DNA from: Diadema antillarum
Taxonomy: Eukaryota
DNA length: 64,000 nt
Reading direction: 5' to 3'
Assembly (NCBI RefSeq): GCF_040938485.1
Contig: NW_027271115.1
Span: 1,426,001-1,490,000, forward strand
In this document: positions 36,476-50,900 of the stretch, one piece after another
Layout: every line of letters begins with the position of its first letter
How positions within the stretch are numbered: position 1 is the first letter of the stretch
The notes under the pieces: model-generated
What the model saw: only the letters and a program-made list of their open reading frames with translations
What the model was told of the DNA's origin: nothing
Database searches by the model: none
Made by a program: the position numbers and the translations under genes

Positions 36476-39400
36476 GTGAGTTTGTGAATGACAGATATCC
36501 TTAACATCCTTAAGGACAGACAACGGACAGAGAAAGTCGACGTTTAGATTATAATGTAGTAACATTTTTCTATTGACATTGCCAAATACCACCTTTGCTG
36601 TCAGGTGGATGTGGTGGCAAGCACCATTTATAAAGATTACTTGAATAATCATTGCATAAACAGATGCTCATCTCTGTGAATTTACAAACCAACACGCCCT
36701 GTTGGTTGGTACAAAATTAATGACCCTTTTCTGCTCATGCGCAAAGTGGAGCCCTGAACTGGCTTATTGTATGAAGCATGCAGACGAAGCTCTCTTGACG
36801 CAACAAAATACACACGATCAGAAACGTGAAATATAAAGACACACTCCCATCAAAAGAAGCCAAGGTGGTTATGGATTTTTCTTTTATGTGTTCATTTTGT
36901 GTGGTGCGTGGCACTTTCCTAACACAGAGCTTGCTCTATTTTCCATCTTCTCTCTAAAAAAATAAAAGCAACTCCTGCATTGCCCTTTCCAGTTTAAATG
37001 AAAGTGTTGACGTTCCTTACATCCACTCTCTTTATTCATCGCGACCTTTCATGACAAAGTGCAGATGATCTTAAGGTCATATTGCATAATATCACAATAT
37101 TATATACGGTATTATGATGCAAAACGCACATCATTATGTTCTCTACTGTCGAATATCAATAACTTTTAGCTTGCCCTCCCCCACGCTTCCCCTAGATCCT
37201 CCCCCATCCAAAAAACAACAACATTTACCAACAGAAACAAACTTGCGCTCCCCTGCATGCCCTCGCGTGTGGCGATAACATCGAATTGGGGCACGGGAAG
37301 GATATGGGCGATATAGAGGAAGGGAATATACAAGAGTGCCGATAGCTATCACCTAATTGATAAATATGCATGGCAAGCGTTCTAGGCATCACCCTCAAGT
37401 GTTCTCGATCCCAGAAGTTAACCCGTTGCCATGGAGACAAAAATCGATCCTGCCTTCCTTCGTCCTCTTCCTCTCTTTCTTCATCTTTTCTTGCCGCTTC
37501 TGAGCTGGCATTGCCCCCGCAGACATGCCGGGAAATTGAAATTCATGTAATGATCGGACGAGTGTGGGCCTCGGGACGGACGGAGTTGAATGCAAAGGGG
37601 TAGTGGCGGCATGCTTCCGTTTGAGCTCGGATGGTGGATGCACTCTGAGTGCATTTCTGTTTAGCGGAATGACGTTGTACTCGAGAAAATGACCAAACGG
37701 AAAAGGGTCACCGTTGTTGTTGTTGTCTGCACCCCTTATACACATTTGTATTTCCAGTAACGGTACTGCATTGCACAATATTGTATATAGGAAAACTAGT
37801 TTCTGAAAAATCAAGATTATGACTGAATTAGGGCGTAAGTAAGCCTTCTGCAGTAATGTTTACTTTGTTGGAAATTGTTGGCAATCCTTGAAAAGATGTG
37901 TTACAATTTATTGCCATCTCCTTGAAGCCCTTTAAAGCCATTAATGCTAACATCGATATTTTGCGCACTCAAAAAATCATAAAACGTGTCGGATATACAT
38001 GATAATAATGCATCGTGTATTATGTGTATACCTTAGAGAGATTTAGTTTCGTCTCTTAATCACGGATAGTGATGTAAAACAACATGAGTTTTGTCAGATT
38101 CTATCAGCCATGCAATGTATAAGAGAAATAGACAACGCCAACACTTCATGGTAGTATTCTACACGACGTCCACGTTCCTTGCTATTGCAAGCTTACCTTT
38201 TTTTTTCTTCTATTTTTTTCTCCTTTTTCTATTTTCATCTTATGTCTGGGTGTTATGCCATGCACGAGTCAATAAGGTGCAGAAATTCCGCGCTGTATGG
38301 CGCGCTAAATGACAAAATGAAACCTCTGTGTTTTGACAACTGCCTCGTTCACGATGCTGTGTCTTGTAGATCTTGTAGGCGATCAGGCAACTGCCTCTTG
38401 AATATGTTACATTTTGCTATTACTTTGCAGAGATTGTGTGTTTGAAGAGGGGGGGGGAGGAAAGAAGAAAGTCTGAGGGTGGGGAACGGGGGGGTGGACT
38501 GAGCTAGGAATCATTGAAGATCTTTGGTGGTATGTGGATGCGGAACATATTATCTTGTACCAACTGATGGTAATATTGTTTCTATAGATGTTTCCCTGTG
38601 ATAATTATATCGATAATGTGATGTCCGCTTACGGGCGATTTACATTTGGCATATAGATTTGCAATCTTGCTTTTTCCCATGTTACTTCGGGCTTCCCAAA
38701 ACCTGATCAGAGAAGATGGGAGAGAATATTCCTTTTTTTTTTCAGATAACCTTCGGACAGTTGGAGGGGAACCAAAAGATTTGTGTCGTGTTACCTGATA
38801 GGTATAAAGATTTAGCCTGAAAGACAATTTAGAGTAAATACTTGCTAGTGTTAGTGTCAACTTTCTGTCGAAGTGTTGAGGCATGTAATTTCAGTATTAA
38901 TATACATGAACTTATGATCTTTATGTAATGTTGTCGACGTTTTTTGTATGAATAAACGGCATCATTATGGAGTCATAGTGTATAGTGCTTTAACCTAATT
39001 GAATCAAGCGCTAGAATGTTCAGCTCAGTGACGTGCTGCAATTTAACAGTCGGGCGGGGAGGCTTTAATCAACCAGTCATCGATTTGCCAACGTAGATGA
39101 TGAGCGATCTTGGACAAGGAAAGGTCAAGTGAGCATCAACACGCTCTGAATAATGTGGGACTGGGCTTGGGTTGACAGCTTTTTACCATCAGCGTCCAAT
39201 TATGGCTGAGAACGAGCCCTCTGATTACGTCCAAGAATGTGGTCTTTAACTTGCCGTGTAAACATCCTTGTCGCACGCATCATTTTTTCCCCCTCAACAT
39301 AAAATTAATAAAGCTGAACGTACAATTTTACACCTCAGGCAATCGGTATCGAACCATACAGGAAGCGTCTCAAAAAATATTCCGGTGTGAGCATATAGAA

Positions 39401-41930
39401 TTGAAAACTGTTACCAGTTTATCAAATAAGGAGGGGCAGACGTGTATTCACGTTATGTTGTACATTGTTTTATTTCTGTCAGGTGCAGGATTTGGTGTAT
39501 ATCTTTTGTAAATTCACATAGTTGTAAGGTTTCCGTTTTGATCTTGTTGCACTTATATAAAACAAGGGAAATAAGAAAAAATCCTCGAAATCTCAGGAAA
39601 TCCATGTTCAAGTTTTGGTGTACGATAATGTTGCATGCTGCTGTAGTATATAGGTAGGCCTATATTTCGAATGATTATGGGATACATTGTATTTCAATGA
39701 GTTGTCCTCTAAGAAGCTACAGCGAGAAAGGGGACCAAGTTCTGCTGCGTGGGAAGGGGTGGGGGAGGAAAACTCCTAATTCGCTGTAAATAACATGCAG
39801 ATGGTTCGGCCGAATATATATCCCATCAAATCACGGTCCATTTTATCCTCAAACTGTCCGACTCTGTCTGTCTCATGATGCAAACCAATCAATCAATAAA
39901 CTGAAAATCGCAACCAAATTTAAGAAAAAAAAGAGAAAAACAACAACGAATGCAACTGACAAAGATTTATGTCATTCCTTGCATTCTGAGATGTATCTCT
40001 CAACTCACTTATTCACGTACGATCATTTAGTCCTAATTGCAGGTGACGTTTAAATGGCTGAATTTTATCGTTGTCATTCCGGGGATTCGATGTAATCCGG
40101 GACGCTGGCAGTTTAGAATCCGGAGTTTGCACGGATAGAAATATATAAACGTTCCTCCCTGATTGTTCTCATTGCGGTTGTATCTATATTTTGAAGCGGT
40201 CTGGTGATACTTCTTCAGAAACACTGAAATGGGAATTGTCAACTCTGACCTCTTATTATGACGTAGGCAACATTGTCGTGGGCAAATTAAAGTCTTGTTT
40301 TTATCATTTTGTTTTTGCTTGTTTACATGAGGAACGTTATCTCAACGAGCGTGCTGTTTGTCGTGGCTCGGATCTCGTTGTGTTCACCTCAGCAATCCAC
40401 GAACGGGCATCCAAAATGTTCATATGGGATTGCTCGTATATCTTAAGGAAAATTGCATTCGAACCATTCGCACACATTAACATTTACTGTTGTGATATAA
40501 CGACATGTACTAGCAATGCAATTGACAAACAGCCATTACTATTAAACAAAAATCCATCCAAAGATTCAACATAAAAAATAAATCGAATGAGATCATACAA
40601 AAATCGTGTCTCATGATGTCATTTCATCGAAGACCCAAGGTATAGTAATAATTTCTCTGACCCCTTCAAATGACAGCATGCAGAGTGCCATGTTTGCACT
40701 GTTTTTTTTCTTATATACATACCGCTGCGTCAAGATATAAAGCTCCAAGTTCTATCCCCCTTCAAGGCAATAACTAGATCTTGTTGATATCAATTCATTA
40801 TTGAGTTATTTCCTTATTGACCTACTAGTTACTTATGTAGTTGTGTATTCATTAAGTTATATACTGGTTATTCTGGACGATCATTTGCTTTGTTTGCTGC
40901 TGTCGTCGTTTAAAGCTGGTGATAAATCTGTAGCAAAATTTGCTTGGAAAATCCCCTAGCGACAGAAGGAAAAGGATACGAATACGTAAGGTATGGCATG
41001 TTAAAGTTTGCAGTTTACTGGTATCTTAAGTGTATTCCGAAAAACATTATGACCTATGTTTTTGACATTTTACTTTTTGGGGGCCTACAATCTTAAATGC
41101 AAAATGATATTACCCTGGAAATGCCCACTTCTCCAGCATTTCGGATATTTTGCTCTATCATTCTCTTCGCGGTATGCCAGCGTCGATTCATAACGTTTTC
41201 ATTTTGTTCAAATTAAGCAATATTGCAGAGCAATATTGTACACTAAAGGAACAGTGCCGTGGACTCGAGCGACGTTCGAAATAAATCCTATACAAAGTTC
41301 AGATCTAATCGAGATCTTATCAGGCTTGTTTCATGCCTTTGTTAAAATCCGATTTGTGATGTCATCAAATTCCATTTGCAATCATTCGTGACCTTTCTCT
41401 CCCAATTTTCCCCTTTTCTCAATATGATTTTGCTCTTTTCCTCCATCATACGGATCAGATGCCTGCTCCCGTGTTGAGTGTCCCAAAGGAAGCGAATGCT
41501 TTGTTAACAAGACCACGAACACGGCCGAGTGTATATGCCGACCGTACTGCAAGCCGCACTACAAACCCGTGTGCGGCTCGGACGGCGTCATCTACGACAA
41601 CCACTGCGAGCTCCATCGGGCGGCCTGCCTCAGCGGCACACGCATCGTGGTCCACAACAACGGCTGCGAAGAGCATGTCGAGACCGCCGCCTCATCGTCA
41701 ACCTCCGCCTCGTCCACCGCGTCTACGCCGGAGAGTATGTGGTCGTTTTGTTCGTTCATTTGCTTTTATAGGGGGTCTGGATTTGGGAATTCCCCCGCAT
41801 TCATAAACCACTTTATTTTTATTCGTGAAGCGGATTACCAGTTACTGCAGGGTCGCGTTTCAATCAATATTACCATATCTATATTAGATAATGGTAATAA
41901 TTTCAACCATAATAATAATAATAATGATAG

Positions 41931-41962
<32 letters not shown>

Positions 41963-44900
41963 GTTATTATTATATATTATTATGATAATGATGATAAGCA
42001 TAATGAAGGTTAGTATGATCATCAATATATCACTTTCATTTTCATCATTCAATACTGCCAGACAAGAAGGTGTGCCACACTGCACAAAACAGATCATTGA
42101 CAATGTAACTCACTGAGCTACTATCTTACAAAGACGTGGTAGTTGTGCATATTGATTGCCACGCCCCCTGTCGAGGAGACGAGCAAAACATGCGGTCATA
42201 TACACATATGCAATACACACATATCCAATAAGTTCGTGCGCACAAGAAGAAAAAAAAAGACACACAGTTTTCATTAAAAATTTTTAATGGCAGAATTAAT
42301 CTTCCCCTGTCAAGAATTGAACTTAATATCAGGAGATATCGGTGTAACTTACATCCTTTCTCCTTCAAAACTGCAATCGTAATTTCTCGAGTGTATACAT
42401 GACACTTTTTTATCGATTAAAAAAACAATTATTGACACCAATGTAATAACATTGAAGAAACGTTTCTATCACCAGTCGGATATGTGTGGGCCCATTAGGG
42501 ACTGTCAATTTATTGACATAATGATGACATACGAGCACAAAAATCATATATTTTTTGTTGTTGTCTTTACCATGGTTTCTAGCACCCAGCCCCTCAATGA
42601 CCCCAACCACGCGTCTCATCTGTACCCCGGAAGAGACCGCTCAGCTGAAGGAGGAACTGGTGGCCCACTATCGGGAACAATTCAACAACCCAGAAGATGT
42701 AGATCTGCCACCACGTAANNNNNNNNNNNNNNNNNNNNNNNNNNNNNNNNNNNNNNNNNNNNNNNNNNNNNNNNNNNNNNNNNNNNNNNNNNNNNNNNNN
42801 NNNNNNNNNNNNNNNNNNNNNNNNNNNNNNNNNNNNNNNNNNNNNNNNNNNNNNNNNNNNNNNNNNNNNNNNNNNNNNNNNNNNNNNNNNNNNNNNNNTG
42901 GCTCATGTGCACGTGGGTACGAAATAACCTTTGTTTAATTTTTCTCAGTTCGTCAGGCACTTCACTCGTTTACAAAGCGACATGATGCATTTTGCTTGCC
43001 CGACGTAACAATTTATGGAATTCATCAGCCATGTTCAAACAAAGGATGAATTTGCGTAGAACAGATGACCAGAATGGTCCACAATCTACACTTGGAATGT
43101 CATTCTATTGCATTGAATGTATTAACAATCTTTTTCTATTGATATTGTCAGATACCACTTTTGCTGTATAGGGTGGATGTGCTGGCAAGCACCATCTATA
43201 AGAATTTATACTTGAATAATCATATTAGGGTTGAATAACCATAGATGCTCATCTGAGTGACTTTGAAAAAAGAAAATGCCCTTTTAGTACAAATTATATT
43301 TTTCTACTCGTGAGCAAAACGGAACCCCGAACTGGCAAATCTATATACAGAGGTTTCCAAAGTTACCGTGAAAGTAGAAACTTACTCTACTGACCTTTCT
43401 CGGGTTTTGTTCGAGCGCCCTCATAGGCGCAATTGGTGTTTATAATGTTGGCGTGCATTCCACTTCTCCAGTACTAATGACTAGATGATGCGTTCTGCGT
43501 GTGGCCTGTCTTCCGTTGAGTGATATACATTGTTATTTTGATTCATTGTCAAATCGTTTATTGTATCGTATCTAAGAAGAACATGGGAGTGACAATCAGA
43601 TTAAAAACCAAACAAACACCAAACCGTTGTCCTAAATGAAATCAACTTTGACCAGAGTTACTTTTTTTTGGGGGGGGGGGGGAGTAAGGAAGATGTGGGT
43701 CTCACAATATTGCGAATAATGTTGATGTCCACCAGAAGTTCATATAATGTAACAGTCTTATAACCAAGCTAATTCTGACATTTCAAACTTACAAAAAAAA
43801 AATGAATGAAAAACACACAAGTACACACTCTTACACTCACAAGATGCTTGATTTAGTCGAAACTACTCACATGTTTTTGTGGACAGCTAGTGGACTACAC
43901 GGTTTTCCTGGGGCGACCATGATGTAGGTTTGCATGCTCTTATAGCAGATTCCATGAAAATTCACACTAAGTAGAGTTAATGTTTGCTGCGAGTCAGCTA
44001 TTGCAGATTTGCCCATTCTATCATCAGAAACCTACAACGTTAGCAATGTCAGAATACGTTTCGGTTTAAAATGATAAAGCAGTTCCCTAGCATGAAAACT
44101 AAGCTCTCATGCAATCAAAATTATGACGACGGGTTGGAATCGGATGAGGATAAAAGAAGAGAAGGAAAAGGATCAAAGAATTCAGGTACAAAGTGGAGAG
44201 CGGAAAAGATTATACTGTCCAATATCGGCCTCTCAGCAAAGGTTTGTTATGTCTTAAATGCGATTTACGCAATTTACTAGTCAACCCATCGTATATCATC
44301 AAACAAGTTCATTATCTGTTCTCTATCTAAGGGTTGAGAATGTCGACACGAGGGAATACTCGAAACTTAGCTTGCGAAGAAGGAAAAAAAATAAACAGAA
44401 AGAAGTCGGTTTCAAGGTAAATAGGACATCCATGTTCGGGCGGTGGTCAATATTTCGTGGGGGCGGGCATATTATACAAGTGATGTTTTAGCGACCTCTA
44501 AAATGATTTATATTTCAATGACATAAAAACAAGCCTTGCTCTGTATACCCATGCCGGCTCGTGTCTGGCAGAAAACACCGACTAAGTAATCAGCAGTAGA
44601 TATTGATCCAGCACACGAATGTTATGTCAGCATGATTGATTCGAGTGCTCGTGCACGCTGCCTCCATTATCTCAACGCGATGTGGAATATGGAAAATTGT
44701 CGACTTCGACATGTAGGCCTACTGTACCCAAACCGGAAAACAATAATAAGAGGAACAAATGTTTTTATTCCTCACTCTCTATTATCTATCTATGAATCTA
44801 TCTATCTATCTCTTCCTCTCTTTGCTGATGAACCAAATGAAACGTTAAGGAGACGGAAAAAAGAAAGTGAGTGTGTGTTAGGAGGAACACACAAGATCAT

Positions 44901-47900
44901 TTTGTCAGAAAAATGCTAGTGGAATTCACATTTTCTGAATTTGTGAATATGCCATCTGAGAAGATGATTTACTACACGGCTTTAACGATGAATCGCACTC
45001 ACTATTCATTTTTTTTTCTGTAAATTTGCATACATTTTGAAGGTCACTTTCATTTACTTAACCAGCTCCGCATCGAGTTTCGATTCAAATAACATGACCT
45101 CATTGTGTGGTACACTCTCGGTGCATTGACTCGTTGGCGGGGAATATCAGCTCTCCATGTGTAGTCTAAGTGATCGAGAGAGGGCGTCATGAGTATTTCG
45201 ACAAACAGAAATGAAATTGAAACAAAAATGAAATAAAAAAGAAATGCAGATTTTGTTCGCTTCTTCTTCTCATTCATCTTCGAGTTTTTCTTCTTCGTCG
45301 TCTTCTCCCTTGCTCAAAATGTTACGTAGCAAGATAATTTTGTGGGGCTTGTAACAGTGAATTCATTCGAACACAAATACATAATGTAGTTTACGCATGC
45401 CCACACACACACACAAAAAAAGGAAGTAAACCATACACCTAAGAATAGCAATGCAAGAAAGACAAATAAAAAATAGCGTTATAATTGATGAAGTTTGAGT
45501 GTGGAGAGTGCGCCTAACGGGATATTATACACTTAATATTATGTCTACACCACCGACAGGTCAACAATAATTCACTGTCTACGTTGGCTTTTACCTTTGA
45601 AATAATAAAAGAGAGAAATGAACAGGGAGAAAGACTGACATAATACAAACAAACCGCCTAAAATATACATCGGATGTTTGGAAGAATAGATATCCCCCGC
45701 CAGAGATGAACAAACAATGCAAGAATTTCCACCGCGAGATGTTTTGTTGTGTTTTTTGTAGGATTGGCAACAGCGCGCTTTTGTACCGGATAGTCATATT
45801 CAAGACACTAATCTTGATAACTGTCACAACGATACGGCTGGCGAAATTCCCCTTGGGGAATGACAGCGCTATCTACAGCGACACGCTTTCTCCACCCACG
45901 TAATCCGCCCGTCGCAATACTTTCAGTTCGCTCAACGATTAACCCGCTGGACAGACAGAGAAATGTTACCTCTCTTTATTTGAGGGGTGCTTTGCAGGAG
46001 TCTTTCTTTCACCAGAGGGGAGTCCTTCTTTCACCAGAGGGGAGTCCTTGAAATCCTCGGGGGGGGGGGGGGGAGGGTGAGGGGGTCTTTCCCTAGTTTT
46101 TGTTAGGTGCCTTTATGACACACAACTGAAAATAGTCAAAACTCATAAAATAATGCACTGTATGACTGTTGTGCACATCTCAAAGAAAAGATATGAAAGG
46201 AAACAATGGTATATAAATATTTATAATCGTAATTGACGGTTTTGATTGTTCGATTACCCGTCTATAAAGTGTAGGGTTTTGGTCTGCAAATAGGCTTTTC
46301 CAACAATGTACATTAGAATGTCACTAAAACATTAAGATGAAATACTTGGCTAACGAACTGTTTGTAGGTCAGGGAACCTAATTCATGCACTACATGAGTT
46401 TGCACAGAGATCAACACGTGTAATACTCGGGTAAATATTGACAGAAGGAGAGAGCTTATTAATGCACATCAATTCTGCTGTAATACATAGATCATGAAGC
46501 GCATAAAGATTATAAAACAAGTGGCACATAATAATATTCCAGTTTCCAGGTGGTACTTAATTGCTCAACTTTGCTCAGCGGATTAGAAGTGACATTGTCT
46601 TAGTTGATATAGTTTTGATTTGATGATCTAAATTCTGTCGTCGCATATTCAAGTTATGAAAAAAAAAGTGATAGACAATACCGATTAACAAAACAGGCGG
46701 ATTCTCATGAAGCAATATGATAAGAGAAAGAGAATTATTGTCCATTCCAGTTATTCCCTTGAACGGATTGTCCCATTCGTGAGGGGGCTGGTGCTATGGT
46801 ATCGTTATAGTGCCCAAAAGTCATGGAGTCAAGTTATGACACCTACAAGATAAAACAAAAATACAACAACAAGAAATCATTAAACTGTTGATGCAATTTC
46901 TATGTACATGTTCATCACCGCCGAGAATATCATATTTTTTTCTTATGAATAATGAAATGTTATTCCGTTGACAGTATCAAGACTGAGAACATTACCACTA
47001 CCTATGACTAAAGATCATTCTTAATATCACTCCTATAAAATATCAACATCATTCACACCACTGTGTTCACTCAAGCACAATGATTCACTCGACAGCGATT
47101 TAACTAAATGATCGTATCGTTCATTAAAGATTATCGTCGACTTCATTACCCTTTGGCTTTCCATACAAAGGGTAAGGTTCGGTAATTATTGTTGTTGTTG
47201 TTGTTTTGTTTGTTATTTTGAGGGACGCTCTCTCCTTGATTCGCTTTGGCAGTAAACAAGAAGTACATCGTGAGCCTCATCCTCAACCACTACGATACCG
47301 ACGGCGACGACGCCATCTCCCGCGAAGAAATGGAGTCTGGCATGTCACTCGATCGCGTGGCCGATCTCCTGCCGAGCTGCTCCTTCCTAAACGTGCTCGA
47401 CGATGGGGACGTAAACGGTGACGACAAGCTAAGCGGATTGGAACTCTACAGGGAATTCAGTAAGAACCCAATATGAAATCTTCACTAAACTGTACTTTCT
47501 TCATTACTTACGTTGTATTCTAAGAACCACTCAATGGTTACGTACAAGTCAGTGGCGCATCTTTCTAACTTTGATTTAATCAATGTGAACTTTTAAAAAA
47601 GAAAAACCCACGGGTAATGAAATTACAATCATACGTTGATTATTATGTACTCCTACAGAGAACACAAACTAGCATCCCAACGTTCACTGGAAATATTCAG
47701 CACTCTCAGATGTTTCTTTGACCAACTGTTAGCACAGGCGTACTGCAGTAAATGATGACTGAGCTCTTATATCGAATAAAATTTATGCAATGAACATAGT
47801 AAAGGACTTCTCTGAAGTTTGGCGAATCTGGCAGCAATAACACCAACACTGAAATATGTTGTCCATCCACAAAATGGATTAGACTATCAAATATTCTTGT

Positions 47901-50900
47901 TGTTATGAAATAACAAATATTTCACTAGTAGTTTTGATCACAGGGAACGAACGCCTCCTTACGTCTTGATGGAAGACCAAACAAGAGAGTGTTTGATGCC
48001 ATTTGATGACAATTGTCTAAATAAAAGAGAACAAAATACTTGTCCGGGTTTGACAAAGTAATGAAAGAAACCATCAAAGCATGGGCAATCGCACGAGAAA
48101 TCTAAACGTAACAATATTATCAGTTAATTGGGGAAACGGTCGAAATAGTCACAAATGGAAACCTCCAAGATACTTGAGACATGCCCTTTATCCCTTGATC
48201 AACGCCGTACATCATCATCTCTCCATCAAATTTTCTCTCCTTTTCAGACATTAAGGCCGTATCGCTGTCCGGTAATATTGCACAGCGGGTAACAGTGACT
48301 ACAGTCGGGGATAACATCGCCCTACCCTGCGAGCTCTCCTCGGACCACCGCCTGGAGATTCGATGGACTCGCAACAACGTCCCCCTCACCGAACTCCAAG
48401 ACTATACGGGGATCGGGGTAAAGACAAACGCGATCCGTTTTATTTTATTTCAAGAGACCACCATTTTGTCATTGATTTGGCATGTCTACGTTTTGTATAC
48501 AACAGGATGTTATACATGAAGATATTGGAAGAGAAAGGGAGAATCTTAGTGCAATGAGATATCTCATGATACTCCAGCCTAATATTCCTCTTGTAACCTA
48601 CCATGAGTGTTTATAAGTTTACGGACAGAGAATAATGCCCGAAATTATGTGCGCAAGAAATTGACTACATGTAGACATCAAGGAAATGCAACTTTTTTTG
48701 GAATTTCTATTTTGCTCATTTCGAGATGAACGAAAACACAACAACAAACAAACAAACAAACAAACAAACAAACAAACAAACAAACAAACAAAATGTATTA
48801 ACTCGTCTTTCCCCATTCCACAGCTTTACACCGGTGACACGTCGCTCTACCTGACGGATATTACTCTGATGCACGCCGGAACTTATTCTTGCTATGCGGA
48901 GGGATATGAAGAGGTCAAACAGTCACATGTTCTCCAAGTGCAAGGTAACTGAGGAATCAAACGCAATGTGATAACGTAGTTCTTCGCCATTCAAACAACA
49001 CAATGCAATGAAATTCCTTTTTGTCGAGAAATGTCAATTGTGTTTCGTCGAAGTTAGGTGGCATTCATTTTGTGAGCAAAACTAGTCAGATTTCTGCTCC
49101 GACTATGCACCCGTAGTTGTGAAAAGCGAAGTGTTAGTGATGTTAATTCGTACGTAGTGCTGCAACCTTATTAACAGCAAGGTTTTCCCGCCACACATTT
49201 GCTTAAAGAAGCTACTTAAGAGTACCGTCTGCTCTTTGCTGCATTGTCCGTCATATACGAGAAAGGAAATATGAGTACACCAGTTTTTTTTTTAACCTGG
49301 AGAGGTAAATCCTTGTCCAGTTTATGGGTTGAAGTTGCATTTTAGGATTGCCATTTAGTTTATTATGTTATCATTTCAGGACTATAATGTTCTTAGTTCA
49401 CTCTACCTAGCATACAGTCGTCTAAACTCAGGAATTAATCGGCGCGTTGGTCATTTCTGTTTATACAAACAACATAAAACAGTTTTTCATGCAACCTTCG
49501 TCGCACTTTGCATCATGATCTCAAATCCACAAAGTAGGTTTACATAGGTGCCTAATGTCTACTTATTTTTTTATTGACATTTCAGAGATCCCATTGATTG
49601 ATGAATAGTTATTAATTCCATGATGCATTGTTTTTATGATTAACATTCCCTGACAGTTCCGCCGACTGTCAGCGTGTGTCCACGAAACCAGCTGCGAACA
49701 GAAGGCAGCAGGGCTCGAGTCCAATGCCACGCCGAAGGAATACCGACCCCGCAGAAGACTTGGACTAGGAACAACGTTCCCCTATCTGAGGGAGATAGGA
49801 TAACCATGCACGGTAGGCATTATTATATAGTGTTAATGGTAAATCGTGGTCCAGTTTGGCCCTGGTCTTGTTCATCGGTATCTTTCGTGCGCGGTACTTT
49901 TCTTCTTCAAAACAACGTTATGTTGGCGATCGTAATGACATACTTAATCATGGACAGATCCCCGCGAAAGCAAAGTGCTGTGTACCCAAATAATCTACAA
50001 TATTTGCATTATATCTTTGTTTCTTATGGCAGGTAAAAACAGCAGCGTCGTGGTCCAGAACATCTCGTACCGTGACACCGGCGAGTACGCGTGTAAGGCG
50101 ACCAACCCAGTGGCGGAGAGAAGCGAGAGCGCGTCTGTATTCATCCAAGAAGAGGACCATCGTAAGGAGACGCCTTTGATGTTTAAAATCATTTTGCTAA
50201 ATTGCAAGTAGTGACCTTCGACGATACGTTCATAATTCATAGAATGCGCTGTATTATTGCTTAGTGATACAGCTTTAGGAATATGAATGAAGAATGAATT
50301 TACTTAGATCGACTGAACTATTATCATTGAATTACGCTATATTTAGTTAATTGGTATTAATATTAATATCAAGTACTTTAAATCAGAATTATGAAATGGC
50401 GTGATTATGCTGTGGGCCTGTTGCAGAAATAGATGCGATCAAATACAGATGAGAAAATCAGACATAAGTCAGGTATCAGCCATCAGAAATAAGTATTCAA
50501 AGACTTATGTTTGATTTTCTGACTAATGTTTGATCTCAATTTTTAAAATGCATCGGGGCCCATTGGGGAATTATAAATGGTTGTAAGTTAGACACGCTGT
50601 GTATCGAAGCACAGGAGTAATTTCTGACTAAGTTGACTTACATCATCATGAACTGTCTTCCTCAGCTCTTTCTCCTGGCCCGTTGCACGTCTTCTACCTG
50701 TTCCATCGGGATGGCATCCAGACCTTCGAACCCGACACCTGCGGCTTCAGGCTCGCCCTAACCGGCGCCAGTTCCTTGCCCGACACCACACAGACGCTGT
50801 GCAACATTGACCCGGAAACGGAAACTCGCAAGTGCGTATGGTCAGACGCGGTGAGCGTGGACGATCGCTACATTTACGTGACGCAGCCCTTCGAGAACCG

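Noticed and set aside
40327-40446. MRNVISTSVLFVVARISLCS as the FSTL signal-peptide exon
   Set aside because: Only a weak donor (C|GTATAT), a marginal hydrophobic core, and it lies downstream of the better-supported micro-exon.
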